Below, one piece after another: positions 38,743 through 53,301 of a DNA stretch of 64,000 nucleotides. The notes under the pieces are model-generated. The model worked only from the letters and a program-made list of their open reading frames with translations. It searched no databases and was not told where the DNA came from. The position numbers and the translations under genes are program-made. Positions within the stretch are counted from its first letter, which is position 1, and the number at the start of each line of letters is the position of its first letter. Origin of the DNA: Mizuhopecten yessoensis (lineage: Eukaryota); NCBI RefSeq assembly GCF_002113885.1, contig NW_018404943.1, forward strand, positions 991,236 through 1,055,235, read 5' to 3'.

Positions 38743-38915
38743 CAAATTGATGCCGTCGTGGAAGGCTTTCCTAGCCAGGGTGGCAGGTCCATCAACTGTG
38801 CGCCCGTCATCATCAGGGCCCCAGCTAGCGCTGTACACGTGGATGTGATCAGGGTTCAAACTCAGGGATTGAGCTTCTACTGAGTCCGTCACATCACCAT
38901 CCAACATCCGCACAC
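38743..38915 (-). CDS. FURIN: Furin-like convertase exon
   Basis: 173 nt. Encodes (G)VRMLDGDVTDSVEAQSL..HVYSASWGPDDDGRTVDGP. Confidence 0.97.
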
Positions 38916-41599
38916 CTAGAACGGAAATAACGTACAAAATACCAAAAAATGGTCACTTCTTACACCGTCTTTATTTTGATTTAACAATCTCATCGGATTC
39001 AGTCACAATTTTATCATTTTAAATAAATAAATAAAGTAATTTTGCATCTATTTTTTATGGATCCCATTCTTACATTCAAATGTCACACTATTATACCACC
39101 AGCTTAAAATGGACACGAGAAGAAATAAATTAATCACTGTTGTGCCACCGTCCGAGACCCATATAATCAGTTTTTGATGTTCAGGTCTCACTTTGGACAT
39201 AATAAAAGCAGTCCCCCCCTGATTGTGGATTCTCCGTAACACAGGGCTGATTGATTCTATTATCCACCTCATCAAAGGACAATAGCTGTGTAAGCCAGAC
39301 CTCCCTAAATACCCTATAGTTGACTTGTCATGGACACAGGTTCAAAGCTTTTGTACGTGGAGATAACACACATACCCAGTGAAAGACCCAACTGTATCAG
39401 GACAGGTAGCTGATTAATATGTGACAAGCCACATCAATAGAAGACAAGGACCCCCACTTCAGACGTATCATGTGACGTCTTCCTTGGTAGGTACCAGTGG
39501 CCCGTTTCACCTGGCTGTAAGGCCAGGGCACGAAGGCGTGGCTAATTACAGCCGGTTCCTGTTCGGTTACACATCTTATGACAGGTAGCACTGTCTACAG
39601 GTGAATCACCTGGTCCGTGGGACTCGCCCTACGCCAGACACCTTACTTGCAAGTGTCTCAATGACCATCAACCCGCAATTTATCAATGGGACGGTTGTTT
39701 TGTAGTTAGTGTAAAGTACAGAATATAGAGTTTATTTTAGACAAATGAGATTATATCAACGACAGGGCACAACTTATTAGGCTAAACCTGTGATCTTTGC
39801 CATGTACACAACACTTATGTTAAAAAAAAATCATAGCACAGAAATATTTTTTATCATTAACCTGTTATAAACTTGATAATGATATCTCCACCCTATGACA
39901 GGATTTTTTTGCCCTGTGACACCTTTTTTTTTTTCAATGAAATCTCTGCTTGAAATCCTTTTGAGGGTTACCAGGTATCCAATTATTCTGGCATTCCCCC
40001 TGAAATTGAGGGACAGAACTCTTTATATAATCCTGAAGAAGTGCAAACAATCCCCAATTTGCTGACTTACTTACACATAGTCAAATGAATTACCGTGAGG
40101 ATGAATCACGTCTGTTGTACTTTCCCCATTACTTTCTGTATGTAAATGAATATCATTTTTATTTCTCCACTTGTGTGTTAATCTCTCCGCCAGTGTCTAT
40201 ACAGATTTAGAAACTTTGATTTAGGTCACTGGTCGATACAACAGATAAACTGCATCTATCAGTGATGATTTTTTACACTAAAACTTGTAACTGCTTAGAA
40301 CGGTACAGCAGAGTTGATAGGCAGAGATATGGACAGCTATATAACATTGAGTTAATCACCCAACGCTTCCATCAACTAGCCTCACACCCAACACCCAACC
40401 GTCCTTCTCATGCCAATCAGACCTATTCTAATCTAAAAATTAGCAACAATATAAATATCAAGTGGCGCTTCGTGCTTTGTTGGCAAGACAAAAACAAGGA
40501 AAACATGTACAAAACCCTCCCTCATAAATCTCAGCACTACTTCTGCGAAGACAGGTGCTTTTTGGGTGTAAAACCACAAAAACCGGCTACCCCGGCTGTA
40601 GTGTTGTGTACAACTCCAACTCCAGCTTTTGATGTTTGGGCTATATCTCAAATCTAAACATAGGCTATATTTGAATGTCTTACTGTCTTATCTCCTCTCC
40701 CCACCTTTCTGGTGGAAGAGAGGGAAAATTGTTGTGGAGTCAATGTGTTTGCTGATTTCTCCAAGGATTACCCCCTATCACACATTCCGGGGCCAATTAC
40801 CACCCGGTGTTAACATGGCAATAGGCTGTCATATTTTCCATGCATATTTAAAACATAATATTCTTTTACACACAAATAGGAGCATTCGTGAAATTTATCT
40901 CTCCTGTCAGGTAAACAAAATATGAAAGTATCAAGTATTATGCAACTTCATCTTCAGACGCATCTTAATGCCTTTCTACCATGGCATACGCAAGTGTAAA
41001 CCAATGTTCCATAACAGTTTTATCTCGACTCTAAATATAACACACTGCACACAATGTTTACTGTAGTAAACCTTTAAGTGCAGAGAATATAATATCTTTT
41101 CATTAGTGCAACATAGAAAAGGTAATTTGCTCCATAAAAATATGCATACTTGTAATTTAATTAAGACAAGGATGTTATAAATGTGCTAATACAAATGCTG
41201 TCTATCTGGGCAATTAATTTTTGACTAAGCCAAAGTGTATACAAGAAATGAACATCAATGATCTTGTTCTCAGGGGATTATCTATTGAAGGCAAATTTTA
41301 ATTAAAATATCAATTTTTTTAGCAAGTTTATATTTGGGGTATTACAAAAATAATTACACTGAAAGTTCCACAGACAGACGGCACCACTGGAAGTTTTTAT
41401 TACCAATAGGTGAGAGGTTAGATCTGATGCAAACTAAAACAATTCTACACATTTACCACAAATATTGATGACTAATACCAATACACAATTACAGCAATAA
41501 TGCTTGCTTTCAATGCTACTCCCATACTAAAGGGATTGAATGCCAATCAACTCATTACGTAAACTATCCTTACCACCAATACTGTGGTGCCGCTCATGG

Positions 41600-41875
41600 A
41601 CAATACTGGCACTAAAATCCACTCTTGGTTAATACTGGCACTAAATTCCACTCTTGGTTAATACTGGCACTAAATTCCACTCTTGGACATTACTGGCACT
41701 AAATTCCACTCTTGGTTAATACTGGCACTAAATTCCACTCTTGGACATTACTGGCACTAAATTTCACTCTCGGACAATACTGGCACTAAATTCCACTCTC
41801 GGACAATACTGGCAGTAAATGCCACTCTTGGACAATACTGGCACTAAATTCCACTCTTGGAAAATACTGGCATTG
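41600..41875. repeat. Minisatellite, 29-bp unit, ~9 copies
   Basis: Unit AATACTGGCACTAAATTCCACTCTTGG(AC/TT). Confidence 0.9.
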
Positions 41876-42001
41876 AATGCCACCCAGTAACAATGAATTG
41901 TTTGGCTGCAAACAACTAGTATTTGCTATATAGTTTGATGAAGTAAAAGAAAACACAGATTGCGTGAAATGCCACTCCAACATTACATGTACAATTCTTA
42001 C

Positions 42002-42090
42002 CACCAATACTGGCTTCGTAGGCCACTCCAACACTACAGATGTTGTTATTAGCGTGAGCAGCCACTTCTCCCGCGCATCGAGTTCCGTGC
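42002..42090 (-). CDS. FURIN: Furin-like convertase exon, catalytic His
   Basis: 89 nt. Encodes (R)[29 protein letters not shown]. Confidence 0.97.
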
Positions 42091-44274
42091 CTAGAAAATA
42101 GAGAGAAGAATACAACTTATAACAATGATGTGCATATATGTACTCTATGTCGGGTTTGAGGAGATTGCAAAGGAAATCACTACGTGTTTTACTGTCTTTT
42201 CTTCCTTAAAAGGACAAATCTAACCATTTGCCATCAGATATATTTTGCAAAATTCAACTCTGAAAAACTCTGTCCTGCAATTAATCTTTTTCAATAAAAC
42301 AATTAACAATATATCTCTAATGTACGTCTGCAACAAAATAGGAATGCAACAATGGCAATGACTTTGTGAAACAGAAAATATTAGAACAAAAAAATTAATA
42401 CGAATATTAACAAACAAATGCTAACAAAGGAAACCGATAACCATTTCTCGATTGAATTGTTTGCTAAATGCATCTTAGCGAAGAAAGAAAATTAACACAT
42501 GGAACACTATGGTATACTCCTTTTTAAATGCATGTTATCAATATTTCTAAACAGCTGTTGCTGAATTTTAGATTAAAACCTGATAAGCTTTCAGACAGGC
42601 AAGCCTTTCACTGTTTACCGTTACCTTTTATTCAAATTCATGCAAACTATTGTTGGACATTCTGTCAGTGTTTCAAGATTCGAACCTGACCTGTATACGT
42701 TTTAGACAGACAATCTATAAAACAATCATCTATGTAAAATTTTACTGATTCAGGCTCCCCCTTTTATTCTGGGTTAAATCTGCAGGTTTTCTTTTGGTTC
42801 TTCATCATATTTCTCATAGTCAACCACCCTCTTGTAGTTAACACATCAAATAATTGCATTCCAGTTACGAAAAACCAAACAAACTGATGTACAGTGCCAT
42901 GCAAATGGTACAATCATCAACTATAGAACTGACGTCAGGTATATTTCACAAACAGGTCTTAGTTTATGTTAGGGCTGAACAAGACAGTCTGAACCGTACT
43001 GCATTTCTTATTCCTGACAGGAGCATGTTAAAAATATCTAGTAATTAGTACTATTGGAAATACAGTTAAGAAGAATAACAATTGGAAATTATAATTATTT
43101 TTATCTCCATTATGAAGTCCCTAAGTGAATTGGTTAATGGTAACGGTGGGGTGAGTAACTCTAATAATTACTTGGCATGGCAGAAAATAGTCTGAAATTC
43201 CATTAGATTTGAAGGCTGGCCTTGCATGGCTGTGAAGCCCGAGCTATAATAATGATTATAACTTGAAAATTATTCAAAATTTACCGTGGAACCGAGAATT
43301 CTAAATAGCAACCGTGGATTAGGCTATGCTGTAATGTAAATGTTTGACATTTTTGTTATCTAAATTCAAATTGTAAATTGTGTGCGCGATGATTATTGCA
43401 CAATTTGTAATGATTTTTCAAGATGATTTTAAAATGTTTCTTTCATATAGATTTCATTTTAGTGATGGGTTTGTTGTATGGAAGTTAGATGTAAAGTTAA
43501 AATTTAAGATTTACGGACTTAAATGAATCTCATGAACGGCCTACATACATGGGTGAGTGTAGAACTTGGGATAGTGACATTGACCGTTGCAAAGTCTGAC
43601 GAGAAAAATGCAACATCCACTTCAGCTAACATAACACACAAGTCATCATTATAATATTTGAAAAGGTCATTAGGAAGTCAGATCTCAATACAATTTGTTT
43701 CAAGGACTTTTAAGGCCTCTTGCTATGAGAATGTCAAAAGCTGTGCAAGAAACTGCATTTATGCATTTTTTGGCATGAAGGTCAATTGTTGTATGACAGA
43801 GCATCTTTTGAGGGGTGTAAAATGTCACTGATATCCACTTCATAAAACTGTGAAAAGAATTTTTGGGTGTGACACAAAATTCTTAAATGAAAACAAAAGC
43901 TGAAGATTACATCATATGTAGATATTTTTGTTAAGATAAAAACTATATTACACTTGTTTAATTTAACACTGGTGTCAATCAAACTGCCAACAACATTCCC
44001 AACATTGTTCATTCATTAAGCATCTATGAACATTATGCTTTTCCATTGACCAAGATTGTCCCCAAAACAACCATAAACACCACAAAAACGATTTCAAGTA
44101 CATGTTAACATTACCCTTATCTATTGAACATCAGGTGTTCATCAAACAACAATGAGTATCACCCTAGTCTATTAAAAAGGGTGTTCACCAAGAAACTATG
44201 AACAACACTACAGTCTACTGAATACTGGAGTGCAGCTTGAACATTGGTATTTGGCCCTGAACAATTGTGGTAAA

Positions 44275-45140
44275 TTAAACAGCTTAGAAAACTGAACATT
44301 GTTACCAACCAAACAGCTAAGAAAACTGAACTTTGTTACCTATCAAAAAGCTTAGAAAACTGAACATTGTTACCTACCAAAAAGCTTAGAAAACTGAACA
44401 TTGTTACCTACCAAACAGCTTAGAAAACTGAACATTGTTACCTACCAAACAGCTTAGAAAACTGAACATTGTTACCTACCAAACAGCTTAGAAAACTGAA
44501 CATTGTTACCTACCAAACAGCTTAGAAAACTGAACATTGTTACCTACCAAACAGCTTAGAAAACTGAACATTGTTACCTACCAAACAGCTTAGAAAACTG
44601 AACATTGTTACCTACCAAACAGCTTAGAAAACTGAACATTGTTACCTACCAAACAGCTTAGAAAACTGAACATTGTTACCAACCAAACAGCCCTGAAAAC
44701 TGAACATTGTTACCTACCAAACAGCTTAGAAAACTGAACATTGTTACCAACCAAACAGCCCTGAAAACTGAACATTGTTACCTACCAAACAGCCCTGAAA
44801 ACTGAACATTGTTACCTACCAAACAGCCCTGAAAACTGAACATTGTTACCAACCAAACAGCTTAGAAAACTGAACATTTTTACCTACCAAACAGCTTAGA
44901 AAACTGAACATTGTTGCCAACCAAACAGCTTAGAAAACTGAACATTGTTACCAACCGAACAGCTTAGAAAACTGAACATTGTTACCTACCAAACAGCTTA
45001 GAAAACTGAACATTGTTACCTACCAAACAGCTCGGAAAACTCAACATTGTTATCAACCAAACAGCTCTGAACATTGAACAATGCTGTCAACTGAACAGCC
45101 CTGAACATTGAACAATGTTGTCAACCAAATAGCCCTGAAA
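44275..45140. repeat. Minisatellite, 34-bp unit, ~24 copies
   Basis: Unit AAACAGCTTAGAAAACTGAACATTGTTACCTACC; period 34 (44481 vs 44515). Confidence 0.95.
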
Positions 45141-45987
45141 ACTATTCAAGCAACAGTCGTTCTCAAAACACTGACCAGGATGCATGAACACAATCAGATA
45201 TTATGACAGGGAGTGAGCACCACAACTAACCCATTACTATAGAAACCAAGAATTGTTCTATCAGCATTTTTCCAAAACACTTTTTCAGTCGTTCGTCAAA
45301 CTGTGATAAAAGCTGAAGCACAACATTTGAAGAGTTATTTATTTGTTCATCAATACTGCTGTTTTCTACATGATAGGGAGACTGCTTCACACTGAACCTG
45401 ACACAAAGAAACCCTTCCAGGCAGACTGTCTGATGGGTAAGTGGACAGACAATAATGTGATGCTACTTCTAACCTACTTCTGGCTGTAGCCCTTTTGTTG
45501 AGCAGACAATATTGGTTCAGATAATAACATGGCACCTCCAATCTTCCTTTACATTAGTTATCATGACTTCTCCTGGCCTTAGTTATCTTGGCCAGCGACC
45601 TCATGGAGGCTTGGGAAGGTTCAGGATAAAAAAACAACATTTGAGGATAAAACAGGAAATATGAATCAGAGCAGCAGAAAATTCCGCAAGTCAAACCTCA
45701 TTTGGCAGACCAATAAAAACCATGTCTTGGTGATATGTACGCTAGGAAAACACTTGTATAGAAATACTTATCGACAACAACCATTGTCTTGGTGATACAC
45801 AAGCTAAGAATCACATGTACAGTAAGAATCATTGACGACAAACATCATCTTAGTAATGTGTAACCTAGGAATAACTTACATGGTGAATGTAACATAAATG
45901 ACAACCCCTGCCTCGGAATTATGTGTTACCTAGGGTATCACTTGGAGAGCGACAATCTTTGAAAATAACTGATTCACTGTGGTGATA

Positions 45988-47562
45988 TGTAACCTAGGGT
46001 ATCACCTGTATAGTAACAATGTAACCTAGGGTATCACTTGTAGAGTAACAATGTAACCTAGGGTATCACCTGTAAAATAACAATGTAACCTAGGGTACCA
46101 CCTGTATAGTAACAATGTAACCTAGGGTACCACCTGTATAGTAACAATGTAACCTAGGGTATCGCCTGGATAGTAACAATGTAACCTATAGGGTATCACC
46201 TGTATAGTAACAATGTAACCTATAGGGTATCACCTGTATAGTAACAATGTAACATAGGGTATCACCTGTATGGTAACAATGTAACCTAGGGGATCACCTG
46301 TATAGTAACAATGTAACCTAGGGTATGACCTGTATAGTAACAATGTAACCTATAGGGTATCACCTGTATAGTAACAATGTAACATAGGGTATCACCTATA
46401 TGGTAACAATGTAACCTAGGGTATCACCTGTAAAGTAACAATGTTACCTAGGGTATCACCTGTATAGTAACAATGTAACCTTGGGTATCACCTGTATAGT
46501 AACAATGTAACCTATAGGGTATCACCTGTGTAGTAACAATGTAACCTAGGGTATCACTTGTATAGTAACAATGTAACCTAGGGGATCACCTGTTTAGTAA
46601 CAATGTAACCTAGGGTATCACCTGTAAAGTAACAATGTTACCTAGGGTATCACCTGTATAGTAACAATGTACCCTAGGGTATCACCTGTATAGTAACAAT
46701 GTACCCTAGGGTATCACCTGTATAGTAACAATGTACCCTAGGGTATCACTTGTATAGTAACAATGTACCCTAGGGTATCACTTGTATAGTAACAATGTAA
46801 CCTAGGGGATCACCTGTATAATAACAATGTAACCTAGGGGATCACCTGTATAATAACAATGTAACCTAGGGTCTCACCTGTATAGTAACAATGTAACCTA
46901 GGGTATGACCTGTATAGTAACAATGTAACCTAGGGTATGACCTGTATAGTAACAATGTAACCTAGGGTATGACCTGTATAGTAACAATGTAACCTAGGGT
47001 ATGACCTGTATAGTAACAATGTAACCTATAGGGTATCACCTGTATAGTAACAATGTAACCTTGGGTATCACCTGTATAGTAACAATGTAACCTTGGGTAT
47101 CACCTGTATAGTAACAATGTAACCTAGAGTATCACCTGTATAGTAACAATGTAACCTAGGATATCACTTGTATAGTAACAATGTAACCTAGGGTATCTCC
47201 TGTATAGTAACAATGTAACCTAGGGTATCACCCGTATAGTAACAATGTAACCTAGGGTATCACCTGTCTAGTAACAATGTAACCTAGGGTATCACCTGTA
47301 TAGTAACAATGTAACATAGGGTATCACCTGTATGGTAACAATGTAACCTAGGGTATCACCTGTATAATAACAATGTAACCTATGGGTATCACCTGTATAG
47401 TAACAATGTAACCTAGGGGATCACCTGGATAGTAACAATGTAACCTAGGGTATCACCTGTAAAGTAACAATGTTACCTAGGGTATCACCTGTATAGTAAC
47501 AATGTAAACTAGTGTATCACCTGTATAGTAACAATGTAACCTAGGGTATCACCTGTATAGTA
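45988..47562. repeat. Minisatellite, 32-bp unit, ~49 copies
   Basis: Unit GTAACCTAGGGTATCACCTGTATAGTAACAAT; degenerate precursors at ~45720-45990. Confidence 0.96.
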
Positions 47563-50500
47563 CCAAACACTGTTGAAAGCCTTGTATGTTTTTTGAGGAG
47601 TAAGCTAGGATTCCACAAGATTTTGTTCTTTTTGAACTGTGTTGTCACTAAGTATTGAAATATTTGTACCGTGGTAAACTTTGATAGGATAATACAGAGC
47701 GACTCAGCTGGGAGTTAATGAGATAGAGTCACTGTATTGAAATGTGTTCTCCCTAAAATACTTTGAATTTCAATTACAAATTTCAATTTTGTGAAAAAGT
47801 GCATTATAATATTGATGAGATAAATAAATTGAAAATGACAGTACTGCATCTGAAAATGTTTCATAACATGCTAGGATGTTGCCAGTCTTTGAGGATTCTG
47901 AAGGCACCCTTTGTACATTCCAGTAGGGTCTTATTCTCGAAGACAATGCTCACAGCCACCGGTAGCTGTTAAGAGCTGGCTTTGTGCAGACGTGGAATCA
48001 CCAGTGAGACAGCTCCTATTAAGTGGTATTTGACAGTTATTTAGCAATTCTCCTGACATTCTGTCACAGAAGGAATGTCAAATGTCCTTGTGCCTCGCGC
48101 CAGTTTTACAACATTATAATTCCAAGTAATCCCTGGCAAAGGGAAACCAATATCTGCCAAGATGAGCTGAAATAGGCTCTAATCAAGACATATGATTTCT
48201 GCTATTATTGCTCGCTTCAAAAGCTAGTTCTATTTTCAGATATTCAGTGTCATATGCATGTGGCCAATTAAAAATGCAATTTTTAAGAAAATCTGAAAAA
48301 TTATGAAATCTTTTTTAATTCTTGCATTAAGACAAACGTATTGGATCACTACACATGTACTTTTGAATTTCAATATTTTTGAAAATAAACTACATGATGA
48401 TGACGCTGAAAGTCTTGCATGTGTAAATCAATCCTAGCCCCTGATAAAATTGATTTGATTACATCATTGATTAAACTTAGCAGGTAATATAATTGTAAAA
48501 TAGTCGGACAACACCTTGATACCTGTTTCGTCTCAGGTATAGGTGTTTTACTGGAATAGTTTTGTGAGTTCACAAGATGTAAGATAATTCTACACCAAAA
48601 TAGTTGGTAAAATATTAAGAGAAAGTATTATTCTTAAAACATTTTGTGTTTGGTAACACAGTAATAAAAAGAACATGACTATTTCTGTGTTATCTTTATC
48701 TACATATTGAGCTCTTCCATAAATCGTTAAACTCATAACTACATAATCAGTCTAAAGAGGGGACTAGCTGCATGTCCTTGGTCCCTAGTGTCATCACATT
48801 GTAATGTGACAATCATCATTGTTATAACAATGAAACAACGAGACATGCATGATTAAGAAAATAACAATAGATACAACCCTGTATGTCAGTGTCTGGATAA
48901 TACCCTAATGAGATGTTTAGTCCCATGGGACAAGGTGTAGGTGTTTTACAATGTCAATGACTAATGTGTTTCAAGTGCTTTCATAGAAGTACGCTAAGAG
49001 AAGTGCTGCCACCTATAATTCCTTTAGTCGACAGATACATGTATTCCCTGGCTAACGAGCTGCGGTGCTGTCAAAGGCAGACATAAGTTTGTTTACTCCC
49101 ACTGTTGTTGGACTTTTTATATTAGAAAACAAACAGGATCGTTTTTAAGACCGACATCATCAGCTGTGATTTGTCTCAATAGAACAGCAGCCATCTTTCT
49201 TCATGAGTTCCACAACTAGTCACGTAACGGATAAGGAAGAGGATTGTTATGTCAATTTAAATGATAGAGCGGATCTTGAGGAAAAAAACCAAAGACCTAT
49301 ATATCTCATTGTTCTAAAAACATAAATTTTACATAGAAACCAAATTTGATATAGTTAAGATGACCTTTAAACATTCATCCCCATTTTCAATCCCAAGAGA
49401 TTTATATATCAGTGGTTCAGAATATTATTTTTGCTGTTTCTTTTTTTTACCGCAGCAAAAACTATTGGAGTGATGTTTAACGAGGTTTTAAACATCACTT
49501 TTACTGCAGTTGTGTTTATAAAACATTAGGAATGGATCCTGTCTGTTCCAATGTGTAGTAAAACATTTGTTCTTGTCTTAATCTGTTGGGGGAACCTGAT
49601 GTGGATGACAGACATATCAGTTACACATAGGAGATGGAGCACAGGTAGAGAGACGGGCTTACAAAGGAGATGTAAACAGCGACAGACTACCTACTTCTGT
49701 CACTTGGTTTGGTAGCATGCAGGAGGCTGCAGTCTCAAGACCATGCCGGTGGTGGAGATATTGATTTATATAAGGTCTATATAGGATACATGTCAAGTGT
49801 CTATATCCACCCGACACTGTCAAAGCTTGCCATCACCTCTAGTATAGACATCACCACTCAACATTCTAATTGTAAATCTATAGTAACTATACGCCGCAGT
49901 CTGTAAGTTTTATGTTCTATATTTGAATGTTTTCTTTTATCTATATACATATTTCCTTTCATATTTTTCAAAGCTTTTTATCTGCCATTGTCCAATATTT
50001 TTAATTGTTTGTCTAAGCTTTCTAACCTATTCAGATTCCAAAAGATTGCACTTTTTTTTTTTTTTTTATTTGTTTTTTTAATTTTTTCCATGCCTGAATT
50101 TTTCAAAAGTGAATACCCTATTCCAGTTATAGTTTAAGTATACCTTTTAACACATAAATCCTTTTGAGCTATTTTTTCAAATGGTTTCTTTGTTGTGTCT
50201 GTGACATTATTTCCGAGTCAAAAATATTCATATCTCCTACGTGTTTGGTACCAGGACAACTTTTAACATAAAACACTGTTACCAGAAAATAAACCTGACC
50301 AGTAATTCAACCACAATGCAACAGAATGGTGCTTGGAAATAGATTAGTCTCGCCAGTAACAATTCTCCTTGCCAGAAGTCATAGATAATAGCTCCACCTG
50401 CTCCAAGGTCATCTTGACAATAACCAAGCTTAATTAAGGCCAGACATCTCCGATCTCTTTTTTGTCTAGCTCAAACCATCCAAACATTATCAATTACCCC

Positions 50501-50759
50501 CCCCCCCCCCCCCTTTGTTTTTAACAAGGATTATACAAACAGCCCTGAGGCTGTGAGTCCTTCTCTTCTCCTCATTATAAGTTGCATATCTTCATCAAAG
50601 ACTTGATGATTTGTTTTATCATTTACAGTAAAACCAGGCCACCTTGTGTTAATTCATAAAAGGTATCTAATGTCATCTTATTGAACACCAGTTATATTTC
50701 ACGAGTATTGCAGAATGCTTAAACATTTTTGACGAGACTACACCAGCAGGAGTACAAAT

Positions 50760-51342
50760 TTGATTTTTGAAATATTGGCTAATTTTCCCTTTTGGGCCCT
50801 GCCCCGGCCCCTAGGGTTGGGGTAGGAATCCCAATTTTACAATTTAAAACCATCTTCCTCCTCCAAGGATAATTCTCAACAAGTAAAAATAATTTCCAAC
50901 AGAAAATTGTCAAATTATACCCAAAAATGTTGTTTCCCTATATAAACCATCCGGGATAGTAAACTTTATCCCCCCCAGGGGAGAACGGATAGCTCGGGGG
51001 TCCTGAAATTTACAATTGAAATAAAGCCCCTGATGATCTTTCCATCCATGCAGAGAAAATGACTGTTATACCTCTGAGTCTGGAGAAGAAGATTTTTGAA
51101 ATATTGGCTAATTTTCCCTTTTGGGCCCCGCCCTGGCCCCTAGGGTTGGGGTAGGAATCCCAATTTTACAATTTGGTAGCCTCATCTACCAAGGATGCTT
51201 CTGACCAAGTTTGAAAAAAATCCATCCACTGGTTCTTGAGAAGAAGTTGATAATGTAAAAAGTTTACCCAAGACGCACGACGGACGACGGACGGAAAGTG
51301 ATTGGAATAGGTCACTTGAGCAAAGCTCAGATGACCTAAAAA
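50760..51342 (+). mobile_element. Helentron/HINE-like non-autonomous element (3' part)
   Basis: An internal direct repeat (50762 vs 51091, offset 329), a (GACG)n microsatellite, a 3' hairpin AGGTCACTTGAGCAAAGCTCAGATGACCT and an A-tract. Confidence 0.7.
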
Positions 51343-51407
51343 GACAACAACACTTCTTATAACCACTGATTTGGTGTTTTCTACCATTAATACACAGCAT
51401 ATCATAC

Positions 51408-51484
51408 CTGTTTTCATTTGTATAATCATATCGGGGCTGTGGATCTGGGTCATGGCTGTTTACATCATAGCTAGCTCGTTCATC
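51408..51484 (-). CDS. FURIN: Furin-like convertase exon
   Basis: 77 nt. Encodes DERASYDVNSHDPDPQPRYDYTNEN(R). Confidence 0.96.
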
Positions 51485-52454
51485 CTGCAACAGAAGAGAC
51501 ACAGCATAAAATTAACTTATTTTGTACACTATAAAAGTGACAATCTGTCTTATCTAGATATTGACCACATTGATCTGCATAATTTATTCGTACCGTTTGA
51601 TAACTTTTATGAATTGTACAATGCAGTTCCAAAATGTGTCAGAGATGATGGTTCCTCCTGAGGTTCAAGCAAAGAAGAACCTTAATACCGACCCACACTG
51701 CCGACATTGTGATGACAAAAAAAGAAAATTTTGCAAAATTTCAATATTTTCATATACAAAGATGCCAGAAAAATTAATTCTATTCCAAACTTCTGTGTGT
51801 TCCTAGGTCCGTATTGCAGTGACAACTCTCCTGCAGTAAAAAGATAGCCACTAAATTAATGCACAATGTAAGCTTCCTCTCTTCCACAAATACTGGTGCT
51901 GTATCCTGAAGCAAGCTTCCCTGATTAATAGTGACGACATTATGTCCACCAGAGAATTAGTCAGATTCTTCCAGATCTGATAGCTTCTTAGGCTCTTACC
52001 TAATAATAACTCAACAGATCTTTTTATTACTTCAGATGCTCTACATTTCTATGGCATTACTTGGTGATGTTGTAGTTCTTCTATTACATCACCAAGTCGA
52101 GGCTAATAAAAGGTTTGTAAACTTCCCTTCAAGATTTATTGGTCAACAGAAAATAAGTTTGTACTAAAACCAGTACATGTACCACAGGATGCAGATTTTA
52201 TGATGTTCAAGTTTCATTCTGTAACTTACACAGCAGCTATACAGTTTATAGAAGATCAGACCCGAGTCAAAACCTACCAAATAGCCATAACAAGCTCTGA
52301 CAGTACTGTAGAAGTCAATTCTGTATACATATATTACCTGTAAAACAACAAGTATGATGAATGCTGATGGAAATTAAATCTATAAGTGTATTTAATTCTC
52401 TAAATGTTACACAATGTTGAAGAAAACAACAAGAGAATACCAAAAGTGTCATCA

Positions 52455-52695
52455 AAATATAAAACTAGAGCAAAATATGAAACAAGGGCAAAATATAAAA
52501 TAGGGAAAAATATAAAACTAGGGCAAAATATGAAACTAGGGCAAAATATTAAACTAGGGCAAAATATAAAACTAGGGCAAAATATGAAACTAGGGCAAGA
52601 TATGAAACTAGGGCAAAATATAAAATAGGGAAAAATATAAAACTAGGGCAAAATATGAAACTAGGGCAAAATATTAAACTAGGGCAAAATATGAA
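52455..52695. repeat. Minisatellite, 18-bp unit, ~13 copies
   Basis: Unit AAACTAGGGCAAAATAT(G/A). Confidence 0.92.
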
Positions 52696-52899
52696 CAAAG
52701 CAAAGATTTACATGGAGACCCTGTCCTGATGAAAATTCTCTGTCGTAAGTTTGTCTATCAGCAGTCGACATAAATAACAAGAGTCTTGATATTTGAAGCA
52801 AGTTCTTGAATACTGAATCAACTGTGATGTAAACACTGTAGGTAAGAGATACAGAGATGTTACTATCAAGAAAGTGAAAGCTGAAGGTATAATGGCTAT

Positions 52900-53301
52900 A
52901 AACATGTACAACAGATTTCTACCCTCAGTAGATGTGACATAGCCTAACATGTACCACAGATTTCTACCCTCAGTAGATGTGACATAGCTTAACATGTACC
53001 ACAGATTTCTACCCTCAGTAGATGTGACATAGCTAAACATGTACCACAGATTTCTACCCTCAGTAGATGTGACATAGCCTAACATGTACCACATATTTCT
53101 ACCCTCAGTAGATGTGACATATAGCTTAACATGTACCACAGATTTCTACTCTCAGTAGATGTGACATAGCTTAACATGTACCACAGATTTTTACCCTCAG
53201 TAGATGTGACATAGCTAAACATGTACCACAGATTTCTACCCTCAGTAGATGTGACATAGCCTAACATGTACCACAGGTTTCTACTCTCTATAGATGTGAC
53301 A
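52900..53301. repeat. Minisatellite, 45-bp unit, ~9 copies
   Basis: Unit AACATGTACCACAGATTTCTACCCTCAGTAGATGTGACATAGC(C/T)T. Confidence 0.95.

Noticed and set aside
40585-40655. Minus-strand peptide KAGVGVVHNTTAGV resembling the furin GVGVAYNAxIGGV segment (possible duplicate His exon)
   Set aside because: An in-frame TGA lies just upstream, there is no HGTRC, and splice phases do not fit. Probably chance.
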